Assembly: GCF_000143415.4 (NCBI RefSeq)
Contig: NW_003314284.1
Span: 1,346,693 to 1,410,692 of the forward strand
Direction: 5' to 3'
Source: Selaginella moellendorffii
Taxonomy: Eukaryota; Plantae; Lycopodiophyta
Length of the DNA: 64,000 nt
The first letter of the stretch is position 1, and each line of letters starts with the position of its first letter. The notes under the pieces are model-generated. The model searched no databases. It was not told the origin of the DNA and worked only from the letters and a program-made list of their open reading frames with translations. The position numbers and the translations under genes were made by a program. This document shows positions 55,850 through 64,000 of the stretch, piece after piece.

Positions 55850-58439
55850 ATGGCTTTCAACTTGCCCCATAATATGTCACTGCAGCAATTGACAGAGCTC
55901 CAGGAGGCAGTGGTCGCGTCCACCGCCGCCACCACCACCAGCGCCACCACTTCCAGATTTAATGCTTCCACCGCCGCTGCGAGCGACACCAGGCATGCTG
56001 GTACCACTACCTCCTCCACCGCGATCACTATAGCCACTGCCGGGAGCACCAAAGATCAAGCCGCCACTGATGCCACAGTCTCGCGAGCTCGATCTCGCCA
56101 GCACGACGACGATGGCGATGGCGGGGTGGAGGACGAGGACGACGAGGAGGAGCAAGCTGTGGAGGCCGGCGGTGGGAGGAGGAGAGAAGAAGATGGAGGC
56201 GGCCGGGATCAACGGGAACAAGCTCTAGACGAAGGAGGAGATCAGGATGATCAAGGCGGGGATAGCAGGAATCCCTCGCTGCTACTGCTGCGCGGTAAGA
56301 ATCACAAGGCTGGAGGTGGAGGTGGACTAGCTCCCAGTGGCCCGACATGGCTGAGCAACGCAGTGATGCCCCGGCAGCCATCGCCATCGCCAGTAGCGGC
56401 TGCGGGAGCTCCGAATTACAGTCAGTGGTTGGCAATGCCTCAGCCGCAAGTGACTTCCACGGATCTTGGAGAGCAATCGCACGACGCCGCCGCGGCCGCC
56501 GCGGCCGCTGCCAAGGGGTTTCTGGAGCATTTGCATGGCGACACCGCTAACAGTGGCGGCGGGGGTGGCGGCGACATGGTGGCGGAGGAGCAAGGTGGCG
56601 GCGGCGGGGGGATGGATTCCAAGCTCTGGCAGAGCGCGCGGCTCAAGGCGGACTTGGTCACGCATCCGCTCTACGAGCAGCTGCTGTCGGCACACATCTC
56701 GTGCCTGCGCACCGCCACGCCGGTGGATCAGCTGCCCAAGATCGACGCGCAGCTCGCGCATTCCAGCCAGGTTGCTGCAAAGTATTCCATTCTCGCGGCC
56801 AACGAGCAAGGCCTCAGCAAAGACAAGGACGAAGTGAACGAATTCATGGTAAGTTCTCTCTCGATCGCCCCCTCTAGAAGAAGTTCTAGATAGATCGTGA
56901 ACTTGAGAGAGAGTGAGAGAGAGAAACACTGGAAGCATAGTGACTGCATTCTTCTTCTCCTACAAATCCATTCGAAGGCCAGGAATTTGCTGCTAGACTC
57001 GTGCTCTTGTTCTTGTTCTTTCTCTTGGTTTTCTTGTCGTTTTAGTGTGTTTTTCGTTTTTTTTTTTCTTTTTGTTTCCTGCAACTTTACATTGACCGAC
57101 ACTTTTGCGTGTTTTCTTTTTTTTTTTTCTCTCTTTTTCCTTTATATTTTTTTCTTGTCTGATCAGGCACACTATGTGACTTTGCTACGCTCGTTCAAGG
57201 ATCAGCTCCAACAACACGTCCGTGTGCACGCCATGGAAGCCGTCGTGGCATGCTGGGAGCTAGAACAGTCCTTGTTCACGCTAACAGGCAAGCATAACTT
57301 TACAAGCCGCTCCAAAAGAGAGGTTTTTTTTTTTTTTCCCTCCTTTTCCAGTTTTCTTATGATCGTTTGTCAAAAAGTAAGTCAGTCAGGACAATCCTTC
57401 CCTCCTTTTTCTTCAAGGCAAAGAGAAGAAGAAGAAGAAGAAGAAGAAGAAGAAGAAGAAGAAGCGTCCATAACTCAAAGTCACTCAAAGTCATGACTTA
57501 AAAGCTCCTCCTTTCTCCTCCAAGGGAGAGAATTCTAGACGAGTGAGAGCGTCTGCCAGCTTTTTCTACTGCTTTCTCCACTGTTCCTGGTTTGGTCGAG
57601 TGGGTTCTTGCGGGAAAAAACAGGAAAAATCTAATTTTTATCCTACAAAACTTGCAGGCGTTTCTCCCGGCGAGGGAACTGGCGCGACAATGTCCGAGGA
57701 CGAGGACGATCAGCAAGCCGACAGTGATTCCGGCTACTACGACGCGGGGATGGACGGCCACGATTTCACAGGCTTTGGGCCCCTCATCCCCACCGAGACA
57801 GAGCGGACTCTCATGGAGCGCGTCAGACACGAGCTCAAGATCGAGTTAAAACAGGTAAAGCGACACAAACTCCCTTTGGTTTTCTGGAGTGACAAAATCG
57901 AATTTTGATGACCACGCAGGGATACAAGGCTAAGATCAACGACGTACGCGAGGAGATTCTTCGAAAGCGCAGGGCCGGAAAGCTTCCAGGCGATACAACG
58001 TCCGTGCTCAAGACGTGGTGGCATGCACACTCCAAATGGCCGTATCCATCCGTAAGTTCTTCTTTTCTACGCCCATACGCTTGCTTCTACAAGCGAGCCT
58101 CTATTGACAAGATTGATAGATTTTGGATCCACAACCGAAAGAAAGAAGAAGCATGGAATCGTTTATGCTTATTTTTTTTTCGCCTTCTAATTTCTACGCG
58201 TTCTTCCAGGAAGATGACAAGGCACGTCTTGTCCAGGAGACCGGATTGGAGCTCAAGCAGATCAACAATTGGTTTATAAACCAGAGGAAGCGAAACTGGC
58301 ACAGCAATCCATCCTCGTCCACGTCTCTAAAAAACAAGCGCAAGAGGTGAGTGATTGCGTTTTTCTTGCTAAAACTGCGAAGTCGCGCTTCTTGTTCTTC
58401 GTAAACTTGACTTGTAGTTCTTCTCATGATTTCAGGTGA
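55850..58439 (+). CDS. Class II KNOX homeodomain protein (KNAT3/4/5-like)
   Basis: KNOX1 [34 protein letters not shown]2 [54 protein letters not shown] homeodomain [20 protein letters not shown]; protein ends KRKR whether or not the last intron is spliced. Confidence 0.95.
57425..57463. repeat. (GAA)n intronic microsatellite
   Basis: About 13 GAA units inside a KNOX intron. Confidence 0.9.
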
Positions 58440-58807
58440 TCCACCGTACACGGAAAGAAACAAAGAGCGAAAAAAGAAAGGAAAATTACACAAAGAAAGA
58501 GAAAGCGAGCGAGCGAGCTTTATAAAAGTTAAGCCAGCACTCACACAAACAAGGCGTGCCAAAGGATTTGCATCATAGCATTGCCAAAACTAAACTTTTG
58601 CTCCACATGATTACAGGTTTTGCTGATTTGACGAGCCATAGATTCAATCGAGCGATCCCTCCCCCTTGGCCTCCATCCTGTTTTGCTTTTTTGGCTTCTC
58701 GATCCGATCGAAGATCATCTACGAAAGAGTAATAGTCCCGAGGAAGTAAAGTTTCAAAGTCACCTGTGAGTGTTTTTTAAGTTGGTGGTGGCCTGGATTT
58801 GTTTTTG

Positions 58808-59474
58808 TCACTCGAGCAAAGCGATGCATCTCTTCAACTCCTTGCAGGAGCACTGCGGGTGGCCGTATTGAGCCCAGCCATTGAATCCTCTCTCCAGCAC
58901 GAAAACTTCGGGACCGCCACCACTGCTGGAAATCGAGTGGAGGAAAGCCTTGGCACACTTTGGTCCGCGAACCTGATTATCCAATCCAAACATGAGAATC
59001 ACCAATCCCGAAGAGAAAAAAGAAAGAACTTTAGAAGGAAGAATATCTAGTCTAGTAGCAGTGGATGAGAATAGTTGAGCTAGAAAGTAGTTCTTCCTGC
59101 TAGATCTTCCGTGGAAAGAGATGTGAATTATACCTGGCTCAAGGCACAGTGGAAAACGACCGTCTTGTGGCGGCTCAAATCTTGCAGCAGTCGCGGCAGA
59201 TCGTCTTGGAAACTGTGACTCTCGCAGTGGAGGGAGCCAGCTATGTGGCCGTCGTAGGCTCGCTCATCCTCGTCCCTGGGAAAGGAAGGAGAGATCTCTC
59301 AAGGGCTCTGCAATGCGTGAAAAATCGCTACGCATTTCCTTCTTACCGGACATCGATGATCGCTACGTCCGGCGATCCGCGCAGGGCCAGTAGCTGCGCG
59401 GCGCTCATGAAGCGCAGCTGGGGCGATGCCCCCGCCGCCGCCGCCGCTAGCGCGGCCATTGCCGTCGCCGCCAT
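58808..59474 (-). CDS. CDC25: Plant CDC25-like/ACR2 rhodanese-fold phosphatase/arsenate reductase, 3 exons
   Basis: [21 protein letters not shown], active loop [25 protein letters not shown]-terminal CSC..C. Confidence 0.92.
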
Positions 59475-59659
59475 CGCTTGGAACGAGGAGCCCTAAAAAA
59501 AAATTTGGGCGCCGGCCTTTTCACCCTTTTGACTTTTAACAAGTTACAAAAGGTGAGTTTCTTTTTTTTTTTCCTTTGATTCAAAGAAGAACCAACTTGC
59601 TTCCCAAGAACAGTGGAACAACTTTCCTCTTCCTTGCGAAGAGAGACAAAAAATCCAAC

Positions 59660-60148
59660 TTATAGATCGATCACTCCCGCGGCCAAGGAGCTCAAAACTC
59701 CCACTTGGACCTCCAAGAACATCATGTAATCCACCGCCTCCTGGAGCAACACCGCCGAGCTCTTCACGAGCCGGCCTCCGGGAATCAAATCCTTGAGCAC
59801 TTCAATGCGGCCCTCCGTGATCTCGCATGATTGCCGCCGAGACTTTCGCAAGCTCCGCCTCAGGCATACGCGGCTCCTCCTCTTGGACACACAGCTCCAC
59901 ACTCTAGATGATCCGGAAGCTCTGCGAGCTCGATGGACTCGGCGACGATCTCCTCCAAGAACCTGGCGAGCCAGAGCTCCACTCCAGCAGCAGCTAGTTC
60001 CTCGAGCAGTGGCCGCCAGCGATCCATCCGCGACCAGTTTTATCACCTGATCTCTCTCGTCCACGCTCAAGCTCGACGAGCTCCTCATCACCGCGGCCAG
60101 GGAAGGGAGGAGATAGCCGGCATACTTCCTTCCGTAGTACTCCTCCAT
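59660..60148 (-). CDS. Atypical non-DNA-binding bHLH (IBH1/AIF/UPB1-like), single exon
   Basis: IKLVADGSLAATARG..WSGAL motif and HLH RIEVLKDLIPGG...LLQEAVDYMMFLEVQVGVL. Confidence 0.85.
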   Translation of the reverse strand: MEEYYGRKYAGYLLPSLAAVMRSSSSLSVDERDQVIKLVADGSLAATARGTSCCWSGALARQVLGGDRRRVHRARRASGSSRVWSCVSKRRSRVCLRRSLRKSRRQSCEITEGRIEVLKDLIPGGRLVKSSAVLLQEAVDYMMFLEVQVGVLSSLAAGVIDL

Positions 60149-60793
60149 TCCTCTCACCTCGATCGATCGATATATAAGTTACATCCACCGATTAAACAAC
60201 AAAGATCTTGCTATATTCTAGAGTGACACGAGAGAACCTTGGAGGGGGGAAGATTCAGCGCACACACACACACAAAAATAAAAGATCTTTGCGAGGCTCG
60301 CGGTCGTGAACAGTGAAGCGCGAGTGGCTTTTTATACACCCGTCCATTAAGAGAGGAGTTTCCCTCCTTCAATCTCACACTTCCTCTCTCGCTGGAGTGG
60401 ATTGAGAGCATCGCAAAGGCAACGACCGCGACGCGGCTTAATCAATGGGAAAGCAAAGCCAAAAGAGTACCGCTTCCCTGGCTATGGGCTTAAATTCACT
60501 CGCTCTCTCTCTTTCGATCATGTGTGTGGAGGAGAGCATTCCATTTCCCAGGCTGGAACCACCAGGGCGATCGAGCCCCAAGCTCAATCAATCAATCAAT
60601 CAATTGGACAGGAGCGAGCAATCAAAGTTAACAACAGCAAGAGCAAAGGTTTTCCATCCCATCCTCCAACCAAACGCGAAAACGATAACGGGCCAAGCCT
60701 CACAGCATGTGGATTGTGGCAGCAAGTTTTTAAAATTTTTATTTATCTATTTCTTCGGTTCTTTTTTTTCTTCCGATATTTTTTCTTTTGTTT

Positions 60794-60879
60794 TTTTTGC
60801 TTTCTCCGTTAAATGCGTGGGAGTAATTGCGATTCTTTTCTTTTTGTTTTTGCTTTCTCCGTTAAGTGCGTGGGAGTAA
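60794..60879. repeat. Short tandem duplication (period ~53 bp)
   Basis: tttttgctttctccgttaaRtgcgtgggagtaa present twice. Confidence 0.85.
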
Positions 60880-61297
60880 ATTCACCAAGCGGGATCCGCA
60901 GGCAGATCTCCAACTTCCAGACACAAAATTTATAAGCATTTTGATTCCCAGCCAGCAAAGCTACTGAAACTTCTGGCAATTTTTATTCTTTTTCACAGAA
61001 AGAAAGAATTATAAGATTTAAAAAAAACTATAGAAAAATCCAACAAAAGACAAACACACGCACAAGTGTAAGAAGCGCAAATGCCGCATCACGGGATTTC
61101 AATCCAGCCAGTAGCACATGCCCCCACATGGGCCAATCAAACGCACCGTACGCATCCGACGGCGCCCGTCGCATGGACCACCGCAGCCGCCAGATCGGGA
61201 CACGTCCGTACGTACGCTTCTCAGTGTAAAATGTACGGCTCTTCTCTTCTCGTTTTTTCTTTCTCGTTCCTTTTTTCTCGTCCTTTTTTTTTTCTGC

Positions 61298-62642
61298 TCA
61301 AGTCGCAGCCTGGACCGTAACCTTTTGCGGAGGTGGCGGCTTGTCCGACACCGATCTCAGCAGCTCCAAGTTGAAAACGAGGCCCAGAAAGTGAGAGAGG
61401 AGCGCGTTGGCACAGGCCTGGAAACAAAGCAGAGAGAGAAGAGCACGGAGCATTAGCACAGCTTTCTTCTTCGCTGTTTTCCCTGAGAACTGGGCAGAGG
61501 AGGACTGGACAACTTACAGTATGGATGGAATGGACGCAATGAAATGAAAATGCAAGCGCGAGAGAGTGAAGACGGGAGAGTTAATGCTCTCTTCTCTCGC
61601 CCGGAAATCTAGACGAATTCAAGGCGGATGGGCGAGGACGATACCTGGACGAGGAAGACGTCGAGAGCTAGCACTGGGCTCTGGCCGGCGTAGGGGCCTT
61701 GCAAAAACGGCGTTGCCGGGGAGTTCAACGCCTTTGCAACGAGCAGCCCCACCGTTGCCTGCAAGCCGACCACCGTTGACGCTAGGCCGAGAACGTTGAC
61801 TATGATCCCGGTTTTGAGCTTGTCAATGACCTCCGTTCTGGGAGGAGCCTGTACGAAAACAGGAAGTTAAAAGCTAGCTTACGAGTAAACCAACAAAGGA
61901 AAGAACAAAGTAAAAAACCAACAAAGAATGGAAAAAACTAAACGAGAAAACGAACAAAGAAAAGAAAAAAAACTAAGTTTTTACCTTTGAGGGATCGTTC
62001 ATAGCGCTTTCTAGCCTTCCAGACAATCGTATGTATCCAAAGGAGCGGAACACCGAGATAAATCCCACAGCAATCCCCGCGGCCGTGAGATATTTGGTCA
62101 CAGTGGCTGTGGCAGTCCCGCTAACAAAGATCGAGAATGCGAGAATTGCCGCGGAGACTAGAGTGCACAGGAACTGACTCCAAAATCCGAGCGATCCCAT
62201 CGTCTTGAAATGGCGAGCAGTCTCTTCGAGACGCTTTGCGACCTGCAAAAGAGAAAGAAAAAGGGGAGAGTTAGAACTTCACAAGAACTTCCGAAAAGCT
62301 TCTTCAAGAAAAACGATTTCTAGAGAAAAGAAAGAACTAAAATTCGGCATTTTTACTGACCAAGTTTCGCATGTTGATCTCCGCTGCATCCACAGTAGTC
62401 GTGTAGCTCGATCCAAACCCTGACGCTTCTTTTGTTCCATACTGAGCCTGCGCCTTGATTGACGACACATTGGAATTCTTGAATTGGATCGAAGAAGTGG
62501 TGAATTGCCTCGGAGAAGAAGAATGCGCCTGGAGAAGATTCAAGAGATTACCTCGGGGCCGGTGCTGGAGCTGGGATCGCGCGCGCAGCGGCGCGGCGGC
62601 GACGAGCCCGGCGTGGGGGAGGAGCAGTAGCGCCTGCTGCAT
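61298..62642 (-). CDS. TIC21: TIC21/PIC1 chloroplast inner-envelope permease, 4 exons
   Basis: Transit peptide; VAKRLEETARHFKTMGSLGFWSQFLCTLVSA, SFGYIRLS, APPRTEVI, GLQATVGLLVAKAL, VLALDVFLVQA.ANALLSHFLGL..LELL. Confidence 0.93.
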
Positions 62643-62714
62643 GCTGATAAGCCCTAAACACCCCTGTTGGTTGATTAGCGCTAAGCAAAACCCGTGTTTA
62701 TCGCTTACGAATGT

Positions 62715-62833
62715 GTCGGTGCCACGATACCCCTTGACGTGTCTAGCCCTGGGCACGTGTCTTATTACTGGCGAGAAATGCCACTTGGAAAGATAGCGAT
62801 GGAAGTGCACGCGTCCCACTTCTTCGTATAAAA
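62715..62833 (+). promoter_or_regulatory. ABA/dehydration-type promoter cluster (DRE core, 2 ABREs, CE3-like, TATA)
   Basis: GTCGGT (ACCGAC reverse complement) 62715; ACGTGTC 62737 and 62755; ACGCGTC 62809; TATAAAA 62827. Confidence 0.65.
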
Positions 62834-62872
62834 TGAGAGGAAATCCAAATCGAATCGTGTGAAAGAATTGCA

Positions 62873-64000
62873 ATGTCTTACGAGCAGCCCATTCGCGATC
62901 AATCCGGCATGGATCAGCAGGAGAACAGCCCCTACGTCGCTCACTCGGACGCAGTTGGGCACCTCGGGCAGCCCAGCTCGGAGAGGCCGTCGCAAGCTCC
63001 TGGAGATCGCGGCGTCCACTTTGGTAAGAACGCAGGATATGGCGACACCGAGGCGGTAAATCCCCAGTCCGGGCAGCAGCAGCAGCACCATCCCCTCGAG
63101 GCGACGCACGACACCAACATCGGCCACGGGCACGAGCCCTTCTCGGCCTCCACGACGGAGTCCGGCTACGTTGCTCCAGCCGGGGCCGACCAGCGTCACC
63201 GCGGAATGGGCGAGAAGATGAAGGACGCGGTGAAAGGCGCCGTCGGTGGTGGCCCGAAAAGCTCGTCTCACGATCAAGTTCATGGAGTTCCTGCTGGCCA
63301 GGGACCTGGAGGAGCTCACGATCAGCTTCATGGAGTTCCTGCTGGCCAGGGGACTGGAGTTCCACCCGAGCAGCAGTCAAAGAGTCCTGGATTCGTCGGC
63401 AAGATGAAGGACGCCTTGACTGGGCAGAAGCCTGGATACGGTGCTGCTACCGGACACGCCACCACTGGGGGTGCTGTTCCTGGCGAGGAGGACTACGCTG
63501 GGAAGTTCCAAGGCGAGCATGATACCAAGTGGCCTCGACCAGCTCCTCCTCCAGGTATGTCCAAAGCATCTGTTACCAGTGATCGACCTGGAGAGACCCA
63601 CTATCCTTCTAATCGTCCTGACGCTGGTACTCCGGAGAGTTACTCTACTGGTCCTGGACCTTATGGTGAAGAGAAGGCCTCGAGATACCAGAATGTTGGC
63701 AAGCCTGGTCACGAGGGTACTACGTATAATCCAGAGCAGCAGCACTATGGTGGACAGAACGTCGCCGAGCCTGGTACTGGAGGTTTGATGGGAACGACTT
63801 ATAATGGCGGAGAGAAGACTGGTCCTGGAACTGGAACCGAGTACGGTGCTGGAGATCATGCAACTGGAACTGCATACGGTGCTGGAGATCCGAATTATCA
63901 GAAGTCCGGTGCTGGAACTGGAACTGAGTATGGTGCTGGAGATCATGCAACTGGAACTGCGTACGGTGCTGGAGATCCAAATTATCAGAAGTCCGCTGCT
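62873..64000 (+). CDS. Dehydrin/LEA-like Gly-rich hydrophilic repeat protein (3' end outside window)
   Basis: Open frame of 376 codons from MSYEQPIRDQ; K-segment-like HRGMGEKMKDAVKG and PGFVGKMKDALTG; no Cys; 16-aa and 29-aa tandem repeats; absent from ORF track because it has no stop in the window. Confidence 0.75.
   Translation, partial: MSYEQPIRDQSGMDQQENSPYVAHSDAVGHLGQPSSERPSQAPGDRGVHFGKNAGYGDTEAVNPQSGQQQQHHPLEATHDTNIGHGHEPFSASTTESGYVAPAGADQRHRGMGEKMKDAVKGAVGGGPKSSSHDQVHGVPAGQGPGGAHDQLHGVPAGQGTGVPPEQQSKSPGFVGKMKDALTGQKPGYGAATGHATTGGAVPGEEDYAGKFQGEHDTKWPRPAPPPGMSKASVTSDRPGETHYPSNRPDAGTPESYSTGPGPYGEEKASRYQNVGKPGHEGTTYNPEQQHYGGQNVAEPGTGGLMGTTYNGGEKTGPGTGTEYGAGDHATGTAYGAGDPNYQKSGAGTGTEYGAGDHATGTAYGAGDPNYQKSAA

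Noticed and set aside
62337-63980. Minus-strand ORFs of 347, 188 and 189 aa
   Set aside because: Antisense to the dehydrin-like ORF; only the part from 62642 downward is real (TIC21 exon 1).
63827-64000. CRISPR-like repeat array
   Set aside because: Contiguous in-frame 87-nt coding repeats without unique spacers in a eukaryotic gene.

Overview
Eukaryotic, gene-dense plant nuclear DNA. Very short (mostly 45-70 nt) introns, tight gene spacing and a PLS-class PPR gene suggest a lycophyte such as Selaginella (inference). Gene order: SWI3D-like (5' truncated), kinesin-13, an amaranthin-lectin/aerolysin (Hfr-2-like) pore-forming protein, a decayed Ty1/copia element carrying an 18S rRNA fragment plus AT-rich repeat debris, two tandem divergent full-size ABCG/PDR-like transporters, TAF5, HD-Zip II, PPR, GH38 alpha-mannosidase, a small three-exon CMC2-like twin-CX9C gene missing from the ORF track, CRL, VPS41, class II KNOX, CDC25/ACR2 rhodanese, IBH1-like bHLH, TIC21/PIC1 and a dehydrin-like repeat protein running off the end. 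The most striking observation is the ABCG pair: both copies carry an apparent PDZ domain between NBD1 and TMD1, both lack the catalytic Walker-B glutamate and canonical signature motif in both NBDs, and both share a six-cysteine loop in TMD2. This suggests a non-hydrolysing, scaffold- or sensor-like ABC protein. Exon boundaries were read by eye and no database search was run.
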